This document shows, in pieces, positions 39,817 to 52,655 of a stretch of DNA of 64,000 nt. The notes beneath the pieces were generated by a model that did not search any database, was not told where the DNA came from, and saw nothing but the letters and a program-made list of their open reading frames with translations. The translations under genes and the position numbers were made by a program. The stretch is from Octopus bimaculoides (taxonomy: Eukaryota). The stretch spans positions 13,777,534 through 13,841,533 of the forward strand of contig NC_068987.1 in the NCBI RefSeq assembly GCF_001194135.2, read 5' to 3'. The number at the start of each line of letters is the position of its first letter. Position 1 is the stretch's first letter.

Positions 39817-40616
39817 GTAAGAAGAAAGAATCTAAGAATGTTCCAAGAGGGAGTAAAACACTTTGGAATGTATTCATTTAATTTTTCTGTATTTTGGGGC
39901 TGTGGATAGCAAGCATAGAATGAATGGTTTGACAGAATATGACAAGTTGAAGGATTGTGTCATGCTTCAATGTCTGCTTTGGCAAGGTTTGTGAAGCTGA
40001 ATGCCTTTCATAATTCTGACTGCCACACAGAGAGTATTGGATGGTTGTTTGTTTGTTTGTTTTTTTTTTGTTTTTGTTTTTGTTGATAGTATGAGCTTGA
40101 GTAAGGTCCCCTTATAATTCACAAGACTAACAAACTAAATGAGTTAAAGGTACAGTAGAGAGAAGGGTGGCTTTATGTTAGGTGTTGTGAAGTTTAAAGT
40201 ATGATAGGAGGAACTGGAACCAGAGATATTGGCTACCTTACATTGTATAAGGGTGGATAGGAGTAATTAAGGTGGAACTGGAGAGAGATTAAACTTGCAT
40301 CATTGAAATATTGTTACCTATTCCTGTTCGCTAGGGGAACATGTAGAATTACATGTGTTGCTCAGAGCCAGAATAAAACTCTTGTAGAGAATTGGCAATC
40401 CATTACTTTCATTTCCTTGACTAGTTCCAGACATAGCTGATATTTGTATATCTAGTTATGCAGACTGGGGAATGTCAAATTAAGCAGACCATTCAGGGTT
40501 TATTAACAAAGCAACAACAAAAAACCCCACTTGTTTGAGTGTTTGAACACTCATCAGACTTGAATCAATCTGCCACCAGCCACAAGTTACTGTGCAAGAT
40601 CTACAATACATTTTAA

Positions 40617-40828
40617 CCTTTTAGTATTTGAACTGGCCATATCAGGCCCAAATATTCTACCTGTTTTATATACAAACTGGTCAGATCCAGCATCTCACAC
40701 CTACCTTACAATGCCATTCTAAAAATAAATAATCACGTAGCCAAAACTTCAAAATAAAGAATGATTAATTCAAAACAATATGAATAAATAAGCATTACAT
40801 TTGACAGAGTAATCTGGATGCTAAAGGG
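40617..40828. mobile_element. piggyBac-type MITE, family 1 (twin copy 1)
   Basis: TTAA at 40613-16 and 40829-32; ends GATGCTAAAGGG. Confidence 0.85.
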
Positions 40829-41441
40829 TTAAATTAACTCTCAGAGCATTAATTAGCACAGGGTTTAGTAGAAGATGCTTTCCCAAGCTGCTGTTCAGTG
40901 GAACTGAGCCCAAGACTACGTAGTTGTAAAGTGAACTTCCGAATCATACAGTCACCCTACACGTAATATAATGTCTAGTTTAAAAAATGGAATAAGACAC
41001 TCGTCATGGCCAATGCCAGTACTGCTTGACTGGCTCCTGTGCCGGTGGCATCTAAAAAGCACCGTTTGAGTGTGGTTGATACCAGTGCCGCCTGACTGGC
41101 TCCTGTACTGGCGTCACATAAAAAGCACCCACTACACTTTTGGAGTGGTTGGGGTTAGGAAGGGCATCCAGCTGTAGAAACCTTGCCAGATCAGATTGGA
41201 ACCTGGTGCAGCCTCCTGGCTTGCCAGTCCTCAGTCAAACCGTCCAACCACATCGAAAGCGGATGTTAAACGACGATGAGTGATAAGATATATTAAGTTA
41301 ATAATGGACCTGTTGCTTTGTTTTCCTTTTTCATTGATTGCCTGAGATGTCCACCATATTTATTCAACTTGTCTTAAGTTTCCTACTGCAGTTCTTTTCT
41401 GGTTTGTTTTTTTATTCGTTATTTTACTTTTCGTTCCATAG

Positions 41442-41603
41442 CTAAACAGTTACAAACAATTCCAACTTTAGTTCAAGATGTTGTTGAAAATTGGTTTGAA
41501 AAAGATGCGGATGACTTCGATACAGACACAGTTTCTTCAAAAGGAGAGGATGAAGATGAAGAGGAAAAGAAAAAAATAATTAACGATGAAACAAGTAAAT
41601 CAA
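41442..41603 (+). CDS. TMEM183: TMEM183 orthologue, acidic-region exon
   Basis: ttccatag acceptor, 162 nt, open and in frame with both neighbouring exons (AKQLQTIPTLVQDVVENWFEKDADDFDTDTVSSKGEDEDEEEKKKIINDETSKS), donor A|gtaaga. Confidence 0.8.
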
Positions 41604-41760
41604 GTAAGAACATCATATGAGTTTTAGAAACTTTGAGAGATTAGAAATAAACTTTTTTTACAGTAGAGCTCGAAGCAGATAAAGCTATAATAAGCATACA
41701 TAATATTGGTTTAAAACATCAAATTTCTGCTGAAATATCCTGCCTTTGTTTCACTTTTAA

Positions 41761-41972
41761 CTTTTTAGTATTTGAACTGGCCATATCAGGCCCAAATATT
41801 CTACCTGTTTTATGTTCAAGCTGGTCGGATCCAGCATCTCACACCTTCCTTACAATGTCGTTCTAAGAATAAGCAATCACGTAGCCAAAACTTCAAAATA
41901 AAGAATGATTAATTCAAAACAATATGAATAAATAAGCATTACATTCGACAGAGTAATCTGGATGCTAAAGGG
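41761..41972. mobile_element. piggyBac-type MITE, family 1 (twin copy 2)
   Basis: TTAA at 41757-60 and 41973-76; same length as twin copy 1. Confidence 0.85.
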
Positions 41973-42986
41973 TTAAAGTTAGTAAAATAACTTTAGTCAT
42001 TATTAAGCAGTTTAGAACATAAACTAACATGAAATTCTAATGGAAGATTTAAATTTTGATTTTAATTTAAAATAAGAAATGTCATAGAATTAGGAGCAGT
42101 CTCAGGCAAGATGGGATTGAAAGGGTCTTTAAAAAAATACTTACATGGGAAAAAAGTTGAAGGCTGCCTGAGAGGGTATGGTTTGGGGGTGGTGGAGTGG
42201 GGTTGGGGGGTTAACCCAATATTTTTTGTGCTGTTATTTTAGCTTTATCTAGTTTCGCCTTTAAAATGATTTAATATCAAATAAGAACATTTGAATTAAT
42301 TAACATAGATGGTTCATATTTACAAAATAATACTCACCCTACTAATTTATAAAATAGACATTGATAAATAATCTTAGCTGAGGCCCCTTAGAAACTTTTT
42401 AATTCTTTGATGACTGACTGACCACATAGTGAGGGTAATGACAGTGAGCCTCTATATATGTCCTTAAAACCTTGCCCACTACTCATGGCCCCTTGATGCT
42501 TTTAGATTAGATAATTAACTAATTAAGCTGTTTGATAAATTACAGTTTTTAGTTGAGTCCTACCAAAATTGACTTTGTTGTGGTTTCCTTTGTTGTCGAC
42601 AAAATTTAGTACCAGTATCATACTGGAATGTCTGGGTTCTGAACACAATCTGGGAATTGAAACAGTAAGCATAAGATCATGAATGCGACACCCTAACGAC
42701 AAGGTCATGTGACCTTCACCATAGTACCTATTACAGTTCACAAAGCAAGCAACAGCTGCTGAGTTGGTAGGGTGCCACCCTACTGGCCCAGTGGTCCACC
42801 AACAAAAAATGTGTACCTGGTTGTTATAGTAATAATTTAGTGCAGCTTACCATGAACACCAGCAGCACTTTATTATTGTTGAGTATTTCGTTAACAATGC
42901 TGATTCTCATGTGACAAATTCTCTTGTGTAACTCCCAATGAAAGATGGACTTTATTTGAATGACATCTTTTTAGACAGACTTTATA

Positions 42987-43203
42987 TTGGGTTGGTGCAT
43001 AATTATTGCGGATTTTTTTCAACAAATTTTATTCAACAAAAACATCTTTGAATTATGGTCTGACCATCTGCCAAGCAAATGGGAAGCAGTAATTGCAGTA
43101 GATGGTGAATATACTCCGGAATAATCATTTAAAGATGTTTTTGTTACATGTTTTTGTTGAATATTTGTTGAAAAACAGCTGCAATAATTATGCACCCACC
43201 CAA
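42987..43203 (+). mobile_element. Mariner-derived MITE
   Basis: TA TSDs; TIR TTGGGTTGGTGCATAATTATTGCGG (Hsmar1-like); internal remnant DHLPSKWEAVIAVDGEY matches a mariner transposase C-terminus. Confidence 0.9.
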
Positions 43204-43212
43204 TAGATCCAA

Positions 43213-43631
43213 GAATAACTGTGTGGTAAGATGTTCGTTTCCTAACTACACGGTTTCTGGTTCAGTCCCACTGCATGACACCTTGGGTAAGTGCCTTGTA
43301 CTATAGCCCCAGACCAACCAAAGACTTGTGAGTGGATTTGGTAGGCAGAAACTGAAAGAAACCTATCACATATATGAGTGTGTGTATATATGTGTGTTAC
43401 TATCTCCTTGACATAATAGTTGTAAACAAGCGTCACTGTCATACAAGTGGAGCCTTTGGTTTCCAATCTTCAGTGAAAACATGTCTGGGCTGGGGAAATA
43501 TTACCTTACTTGGTAACAGGTAAGGGTTACTGACAGAAAGGGCATCCAGCAGTAGATAATCCACTTCATTAAATTCCATCTAACCCATGTGAATAAAGAA
43601 ACGTGGACGTTAAGATGATGATGATGATGAT
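43213..43631 (+). mobile_element. tRNA/CORE-like SINE with RTE-type tail
   Basis: Same head as 15080 but a different 3' module ending agggcatccagc...ggacgttaagatgatgatg. Confidence 0.75.
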
Positions 43632-43733
43632 AATTATGTACATAAACAAAAGTCTTCAAATGGTGCTCCACTGATCTAGTGGAGTATAAGAATTACTTAA
43701 TTTACAAAAAAATTACTCTGTTCTTTATTTCAG

Positions 43734-43932
43734 GTAAATCTGAAAATATCAGGAGAAAAACAAAATTGAAAAACGTTGTACCTGATGATTCTGGATTTAT
43801 TTATCCTGCTGATATTTGGCATATTCTATCATTGTATATCCATCCTGAAGATGTTTGGCGATTTGCTTCTATCTGCAAATACGCAAATACTGCAATCCAT
43901 ACTGTAAGGTTTTGGCGTCATCTCTATCATAG
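43734..43932 (+). CDS. TMEM183: TMEM183 orthologue, F-box-like exon
   Basis: ttctttatttcag acceptor, 199 nt, donor AG|gtttgt. YPADIWHILSLYIHPEDVWRFASICKYANTAIHTVRFWRHLYHR closely matches TMEM183A [44 protein letters not shown]. Confidence 0.92.
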
Positions 43933-44129
43933 GTTTGTATTCTAATTTTCCCTGTATCATTAATCCCTCTTCAGCTGCTGTAGTCTGAAATATCTTTATT
44001 TTCTAATGCCATATCAGCTATTTTATCGGATATCACATAAAAAGCACCCTTTGCCAGTGCCTTGTAGAGAGCACTTGTGCCAGTGCCATACAAAAAGCAC
44101 CCATGCTGGCACCACATAAAGCACACCCT

Positions 44130-44361
44130 ATTTCTTTATTGCCCACAAGGGACTAAACATAGAGGGGACAAACAAGGACAGACAAAGGTATTAAGTCGAT
44201 TACATCAACCCCAGTGCATAACTGGTACTTAATTTATCAATCCCGAAAGGATGAAAGGCAAAGTCGACCTCGGCGAAATTTGAACTCAGAACGTAAAGAA
44301 AGACGAAAAACCGCTAAGCATTTCGCTCTGCATGCTAACGATTCTGCCAGCTCGCTGCCTT
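44130..44361 (-). mobile_element. Young SINE nested in an RTE 3'-UTR remnant (~44030-44510)
   Basis: Perfect 17-bp TSD cacataaagcacaccct (44113-44129, 44362-44378); same family as 5216-5434. Confidence 0.9.
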
Positions 44362-44895
44362 CACATAAAGCACACCCTGCTACACTCTATAAAGTGGTTG
44401 ACATTAAGAAGGGAATCCAGCCTTAGATGCAATCCCAAAACAGGGGACTGGAGCCTAGTATAGCTTGCCAGTTGTCAAACCATCCAACCCTTGGACATTA
44501 AATAATGATGTATTTTGTGAACAATAGTATTATTGATTACAGGTTTCCAATGGAGCAGTCAATGACTTGCTACATTCACAAGGGGCTGGCTTACTAGCTT
44601 CTTTCAGTTTTCATCTACCAAATCCACTCACAAAGATTTGATTGGCGTAAGGCCTCAGTAAAAGACATGTGCAATATGACTGAGCCTAGACCACTTGGTT
44701 AGGAAACAAACTTCTTAATTACACAGCTATGCCTGCACAAATTTACATGCACACACTCTCAGTGAGCTTCTGCACAATTTCTCCTTACCATATTCCTTTC
44801 ATCCAATGCAAAAGAAAACACTTACCAAAGGTGTTGCATGATGGGGATCAGACCCAGAACCCCACAGTTTCAAAACCAAATTTTTTAGGTGAAGG

Positions 44896-45172
44896 CATCA
44901 TCATCATCATTATTTAACGTCCATGCTGGCATGGGTTGGACGGTTTGACTGGGCTGGCACACTGGGAGGCTGCGCCTGGCTCCAGTCTGATTTGCCATGG
45001 TTTTCTACGGCTGGATGCCCTTCCTAACGCCAACCATGAGAGTGTAATGGGTGTTTTCACATGCCACTGGTACGGGTGCCATTTGAGTAACACTGGTATC
45101 TGCCACGACTGCAATTTTGCTCGACTTGATGGATCTTCTTCTCAAGCACGACATAATGCCAAAGGTCTTCTG
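44896..45172 (-). mobile_element. RTE LINE 3' end
   Basis: (CAT)n on the plus strand; minus strand EDLWHYVVLEKK remnant. Confidence 0.75.
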
Positions 45173-46892
45173 GTTTAGCATGTAGCTAAGAAACTTGCTT
45201 TCAAACCTCATGCTTAAGGGTGAACCTGTGACTATTGTAGAAGTCACCAGTCAATGCATAGACACTATAGACTGCTGTCTTTTACCTACAATTGTTGCAC
45301 GATGATCAATGTCTTGCAAGTGAAAGGAGCCCTCTTCTTGAATGAGTACATTAATTGTAAACAAATGTCATGCACTTTCCAAACTGGTGTCGATTGCAGG
45401 GGTCATGAACATAATGATTTTTCAATTTTTGGTTGGTGAATGCTATGGACTGTGAACAATCATACATGAACATGCACACATAGACATACACATACACACA
45501 CATGCTTTAGTGTATCAAGTCTTCAAATCAAAATCTGCTTCAGGTTCTAATCATTCCAACAATTTGTTTAACAACCTCAGGAAAAGCAGAAGCATAACAT
45601 TAAGTTATTGAGGACTAATCAGACATCGAGTGACAGTGTTGTTTATGAATAATAATCAAGCATTGAATTTTGAATAATGATTAAACATTAGATGAAGGTA
45701 AAATAATTCACCAATTTTATCTTGGAGATTAGGCTATTATAGGAGTCTTGTGATTGTGAAGTTAAGATGCTTGTCTGCTGGACCACGTGAGTGAAGTCAG
45801 ATCTTGCTGCAACAGATAATTCAGATGTGAACAAAGGCAGGGTACATTACTCTGTTTGCTTTAGACTGTTTTGTTGAAAAAAATTTCAGCCTCTATCACA
45901 GTTGATTGGGTGGTTATAGGAATAGCATTCAGCTTTAAATAAAGCTTACTTCATCTGTTGATATCCACATCTTTATAATGCAGAAATATGAAATAAATTT
46001 TTTTTTAATTCTCTTTTTGAAATTCAATCATCATCCTTTAACTTCTCTTCTTTCTATGCTGGCATGAGTTGGACAGTTTGACAATTAAAATTTATTGCAA
46101 TTAAAAATTTTCCTTTTAACTTAGGAATTGTTTTATGCTAAATAGATAAATGCAAAGGTGATATGAACTGCTGCTTGAATAGATGCACCATATTTCATGA
46201 CATATTAATAAGATGTACTTTTTTTTTCCAAAATTATGTCTCAAAATATGACCTTGGATCTATATACATGCAAAGTTAGGCCTCCCATTAACATTAATGC
46301 ACTAAAGAAATTTTTCTTTAATATGTGCTGCTGAAATTGGGGTGCCTCAAATATGCCTGTGTCTCTTTTGTGCCTTCAAATTCTCATATTTCACACATTA
46401 ACTGCTTCATGTGCCTTGCCAATAACTTGAAATAACCTAAACATTGACAAATATATCTTGTTAGAATTTTTATTAGTTTTTAATACTTGACAATCAATGA
46501 AATATATAACATACAATTTGATGGGATTGTGAAAAATACAAGGAATACTCTCTACCTGAAAATAGAAATGAAATGAGAGAATAGCATGTGCAAGATTATT
46601 CCGTTGATAAACCTATTAATTTCGATTTGAAATTGCGTGCATCGAAACCTCTTCAAGGGAAGCAACTTTTACTTCTCAAATGCAGAAATTACATTACAAT
46701 TTTCATTTAGACATTTCACACCACGAAGATTTATCGTCTGCACTTTAATATAGTAAATTTGTGAATGAAAGCATCATTAATGACAAGGGACTTACTGTAA
46801 CTCAATACAAAGGACATCTTTCAAGGAACATTGTCCTTTCACTGATGTTTACATCCTTTGCCAGCATTACATCAGTGAAAGCCACACATAGG

Positions 46893-46956
<64 letters not shown>

Positions 46957-48052
46957 ATCTCTCTCTCTCTCTCTCTCTCATTTGTTATTCATTCAACATC
47001 CATTTTCCCATGGATAGCACAGGTTGAAAAGGGACCAATTTGCAGCAAGGTTTCATGACCAAATGCTCTTCCTGTTGCCAACATTTGTGTTTTGCATGTA
47101 AGGAATTTTTCATTCCATAAGCCTTTGAAAATGTAAAGCAGTCAGTCACAAGGAACCATCATCATTTTAATGTCCATTTTTCCATACTTGCATGGTTCAG
47201 ACGGACTTCATCGAGGCAGACTTTTTCTATGGCCAGATGCCCTTCCTGTTTCTAAGCAAGGTATATTTTCACATAGCCAGACATATTTTCATGGAAGACT
47301 GGAAACAAACAACCTCACTTGTATGACAATGATGCTCATTTACAGCATTCAAATGATGACTTGACAAGGGTAAAGCACCATTCAAGCATGGTCAATGCCA
47401 GTACCGCCTGACTGGCCCTCGTACCAGTGGCTCATAAAAAGCACCCACAACACTCTCAGAGTGGTTGGCATTAGGAAGGGCATCCAGCTGTAAAAACCTT
47501 GCCAGATCAGATTGGAGCCTGGTACAGCCTTCTGGTTTGCCAGTCCTCCAAACCGTCCAACCCATGCCAGAATGAAAAGCAGACTTTAAACGATGATGAT
47601 GATATGAGAGAGCGAGGTAGATTGCGGTGAGCTTCTTTCAGTTTCTGTCTGTCAAATCCATTCATAAGGCTTTTGTTGGCCTGGAGCTATTCTAGAAGAC
47701 ACAACAGGCACACAAAAATGCTGAAAACAATCTCAAGATACACAGAACTCTATGAAATGGTTACAGCCCAGGTACTACAGAACAGCAAATGTTATTTGTA
47801 CATGCACTTTAATACATAATTTTAAAAACTAGATATTCAACTGATATTCCAGGAATTTAAAATTTACTTGTTAGAGATTTCAAATGTTGCCATAGGAGAT
47901 TCTAATTCCTTCCATCTGGTTTCATATGGCAGTAATAACATTGGTAAACCTTTGTCAGCAGATTTCTACAAATTTAATCATTTTTATTTTTTTATTTTTT
48001 TAGTATTTCTTTATTTTTTTTTTAATATTTTTTTATTATTTTTTTTTTTCAG

Positions 48053-48638
48053 GCATTGTTATGACTTGACTCTGCTTCCAAGGAATCTGATGCCTTTTAA
48101 TTTGGAATGTATCCATGGACTTCGAGCTCGAGTTATACGGTCACTTCATCATGCATATCCACCTCTCTTGAACAAGACCATCAAATTCTCTGTAGATGAT
48201 ATTCCAAACCAACTTGAAGGGCAACGATGCATTCTTTTCTGGCAAACTCAAATGGCTGACAATCAAAGCTGGAATTTCTACTTTAAGTTCAAAAGGGACT
48301 CTACATTCTCAAACAAACTAAACCATTCTAGTAAACGTAACGATCTCTTGAATGGCTATAATGATATGTTTCACAACCCTGAAAAAGATTGTACAGTACT
48401 TTTAGTAACTTGTAAGAACTATTCCTTTGTTCCTGTTGTCATGGGCTATGTACTAAACAAACTAAGTGTAGCGGTCAGCCAGACAATGCGCTATCATAGG
48501 ATGAAACTTAGTTTCAATACCCGCTTTTTTAATAACGGCAATTCTTCAGGAGGTCCCGGAGAAGAAATGATCGTCTTAGATCCTGTGATGAGTTGGCAGT
48601 GTATGGGATGGTGGCATCCTAGTTATCCCAGTGTGTGA
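48053..48638 (+). CDS. TMEM183: TMEM183 orthologue, terminal coding exon
   Basis: Long T-tract + cag acceptor; AG|G restores Arg; 586 nt to TGA. Contains LRARVIRSL, WNFYFKFK, HNPEKDCTVLLVT, MRYHRMKL and VLDPV...WWHPSYP, all matching TMEM183A C-terminal motifs. Confidence 0.93.
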
Positions 48639-48691
48639 AATCTGTTTTATTGGCCCAGGAACTCATATAGTCTAAGAACATTATAGAAAAT

Positions 48692-48697
48692 AATAAA
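48692..48697 (+). terminator. Candidate polyadenylation signal of TMEM183
   Basis: AATAAA ~55 nt after the stop codon, followed by a TTGTTGTG GU-rich tract. Confidence 0.45.
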
Positions 48698-49152
48698 TAT
48701 TGTTGTGAAACTGTGAAACCCAAAGAACCTATTTTTGATCTCTGTCTCAGCAAATAGTTGAGACACACTGTTCACAAGTTCAAATAAGCTAGATTGCCTT
48801 GAGGAAGAGAGCAGTCTGACATCTTCAGGTAGGGCATTACATCAGAGGGTGAAAAATTACTGCAGATACTAAATTAGATATAGTGCTGAATATGTGGTGA
48901 GGGGGGGGGGGAGAATTGGTTGCTATTATTGTATGAAGCGTAACATTGTTGTCATGCAATAGCAGCAGCACATACGCTACTCGTTCAACTCATTCATCCA
49001 TTTATTCATTTTATGTTGATTTTTCCATGCTAGAATGAGTTGGATGAATACATATCATCAGGGCATTGTTTTGCAACAAGATGCCCGTCCTGTTGTCAGC
49101 CCTTACTTATTTTACAAGTAAAGGGATTTTTGTTTTTTATTCTACTTTATTC

Positions 49153-49196
<44 letters not shown>

Positions 49197-50637
49197 CATA
49201 TGCATATATATATATGCATATATATATATATATATGTATGTATGTATGTATGTAGGTGATGGGCTTCCATACAGTTTCTGTCTACCAATTCCACTCACAA
49301 GGCATTCGTCGGCTCGAGACTATTATAGAAAATACTTGCCCAGGGTGCTACATAGTGTGATTGATCTCAAAACCACATGGTCTCATAGTGAACTCCGCCT
49401 CCGTACAGCCAAACGTCTGCACCCGCATATATCTAATTTAGTATTGGTCTTTAGTTCTTGTCCCTCTGATGAAAAGCTCTGCCTGAAATGCGAAAGACCC
49501 TCCCCCACCTCTTTTCTTCACAGCAACCTATCTTATTGTATTTTGTGAACAGTTTATTATTGGTAGTACAACTATTACTTATATAGAATTAATTAAAAGC
49601 CTCTTTAAATCATACAGGCAATTAATGTGACAGTTAACTATTTAAGGGTCTTAAAGGAGCAGAACTAATAGATAACTGCAATAGAAAATGAGCTGTGTAA
49701 ATTTTATTACAGCAATAAAATTAGTTATAAAAATAATAAGATCAATAATAATGACTACAATATCATCGGTAATAAGTTATACTAAACAATTTATATGATT
49801 ATACAATATTTTCAAATAAACATGAGTTTCGCCAATGTAACCATATGGACTTCAACTTTCAGAGCCATTTAAGACTTAAATTATTATTATCATCATCATT
49901 ATTATTATTATTAATCCACTTGTGTTGTTGAGTTGTTTTTTTGTTTTTGTTTTTTTGTTTTTTTTTTACCTGCTCACTAATATTTACTATTTACTGGTTT
50001 GATTCTGGTTTTTTTATTTGTTCTTTAAACCATTGAATTATTTTACTGAGGTACCGAGTTTTGAACTATAAAACTTACCCTTAATTTAATCACTAAGAGT
50101 ATCGTACTATCTGGTAGGTTGTATCATAAACTTCAGTCATCTTAACAAACGGTAATACTGTCTTAATTCACCTCTTAGAAAGGGTTGTTTTTTTTAGACT
50201 GGTGGGGGTTTTTTTAGGAGTACAAAATGCTTGAAAGTAAGATATATTCTAAAAATAGTGATATCTAACAATTCTGGTGATTAAAAAAAAACGTTTATTT
50301 TTGTGTGAATGAACATAGTATGTGTGCACATAGACACACATTTTTGCATAAACAGTTTTCTATCTAGCACTAGTTCTGTGTGTGCATGTATGCATATATA
50401 TGTATGCGTGTGTATGTATATATATATATACGCACACACTCTCTTATCCACCAGTAGGAACCATGCCAAAGCAGACATTGGTGTTTGATGCCGCTCTCTG
50501 GCTCATCAGTTTGTGTTGAACCATCCAACCCATGCCAGCATGGAAAAAGGAATGTTAAATGAGAATATATAAATATATGTGTGTATGTTTATATACACAT
50601 AGACACAGACATAAATATACATGGATGTGTATATATA

Positions 50638-50723
<86 letters not shown>

Positions 50724-51233
50724 TAAACAAACAAACAAAGTAATTTTTGTATGAACAGAATTTTGTCAATCCTTCAACGTAGCTACATCCAGAAATACAT
50801 CTATATAGTAATAGTTTACAACATTTTCCCCCCCTACATGATAAGTGTTATTTTGGACAAACACAGCAGAAACCTAGGAACAGGTGACAGAAGTATAAAG
50901 AAAGTCTTTGCTAGCTTAAGAAAAGAATAATAATTTTTCAAAAGCACACTTTCTAAAACAATACTTCTTACAAATTCATGGTAGACAAAGCATAAATCTC
51001 TCTCACTGAACTGCATTCTTCCCCCAAAAACATGGCAGTTACCAACTATTCTCAATATAATGTCCACTGGAGCTTGTAACTTACTGTCTCTTGAGATCTC
51101 TGGGTGAAACTTGGGCTCATACAAACACTAAGCAAAATCTGAACATCACAATAATAATAATAGTTTTGATGGAAATGTTCAAGAAACAGGCAGGCAAATA
51201 CAGAACAACGATCCCAGGATTTACAAATATAGG

Positions 51234-51640
51234 CGCAGGAGTGGCTGTGTGGTAAGTAGCTTGCTTACCAACCACATGGTTCCAGGTTCAGTCCCACTGC
51301 ATGGCACCTTGGGCAAGTTTCTTCTGCTATTTCCTCGGGCTGACAAAAGCCTTGTGAGTGGATTTGGTAGACAAAAACTGAAAGAAGCCTGTCGTATATA
51401 TGTATATATATATGTGTGTTTGTGTGTCTGTGTTTGTGTCCCCCCCCCCAACATCGTTTGACAACCGATGGTGGTGTGTTTACGTCCCCGTAACTTAGCG
51501 GTTCGGCAAAAGAGACCGATAGAATAAGTACTAGGCTTACTAAGAATAAGTCCTGGGGTCGATTTGCTTGACTAAAGGCGGTGCTCCAGCATGGCCGCAG
51601 TCAAATGACTGAAAGAAGTAAAAGAGAGAGAGAGAGAGTA
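51234..51640 (+). mobile_element. Full-length tRNA/CORE-like SINE
   Basis: ggcgcaggagtggctgtgtggtaag head, core, microsatellite, 3' module and (GA)n tail. Confidence 0.85.
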
Positions 51641-51949
51641 TGCATGACCTACAGAAAATGACATTGCTAGGCACCACACACACATTACAAAGAGCATTTT
51701 CAATGAAGTAAAGTATAATAAAAGCAAGGCAAAACACTGCAAACAGAATGCTTTCTGTAGTGCAGTGAAAGCATACAATAAAAGCAAGACTACTGGGGAA
51801 AATAAAAATAATTATAATAATAATGGTTTCAAATTTTGGTGCAAAACAAGTACTGGAGTCAATTCATTAAATTACAATTCTTCAAGATAGTGTCCCAGCA
51901 TGACTGAAACAAGCAAAAGGTAAAAGATATTTAATCTTTTTGGCATCAA

Positions 51950-52310
51950 TAGCCCCAAAGGATCTCTAGAGTAATGTTACTCAACAGGGTGAATAGCTCA
52001 GAGATTAAGAAGTCTTTCCAGGTCGAGTCACTACTTCTCTGCATGGAGAGGTCAGAGTTCTGGTACAACAGACATATGATTAAAATGTCACAGGAAACAA
52101 TTGCAAGATGGATTCAAGCCAACCTGCAGAAGACTTAGCAGTCAGCCAAGAATAAGATGGTTGGATAATATTCATAGTCTTGGTCATGCTTAAGAATCCA
52201 ACCAGAAAGTGTAATGATGGTTGCTTCTGATAGGATTCTATGGAGGGTCCCTTATAGGACCTTATGAAGGGTCCCTGAGGACTCTACCTCCATGACCTTC
52301 CCATAAACAG
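51950..52310 (+). mobile_element. RTE LINE ORF 3' fragment, decayed
   Basis: NRVNSSEIKKSFQVESLLLCMERS...IKMSQETIAR...IQPESVMMVASDRILWR. Confidence 0.7.
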
Positions 52311-52606
52311 CGAATGGAAAAAATTGATAGATAAATTGTTAATTTCTGTTAAATTATGATTTTTTTTTTTCTTTTATTCTTTTACTTGTTTCAAATATTT
52401 GACTGTGGCCATGCTGGAGCACCACTTTGCAGGGTTTTAGTCAAACAAATTGACCCCAGGACTTATTTATTTTTTAAGCCTAGTACTTATTCTGTCAGTT
52501 TCATTTGCTGACCTGCTAAGTTACAGGGATGTAAACACACCAATATCAATTGTCAAGCTGTGGTCGGGGGACAAACACAGATACAAATATACACACACAA
52601 AGATGT

Positions 52607-52655
<49 letters not shown>

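Noticed and set aside
47868-48052. 5' part of the 256-aa ORF with a hydrophobic FYFFIFLVFLYFFF stretch that looks like a TM helix
   Set aside because: It is the intron's polypyrimidine tract; homology starts only after the AG at 48051-52.
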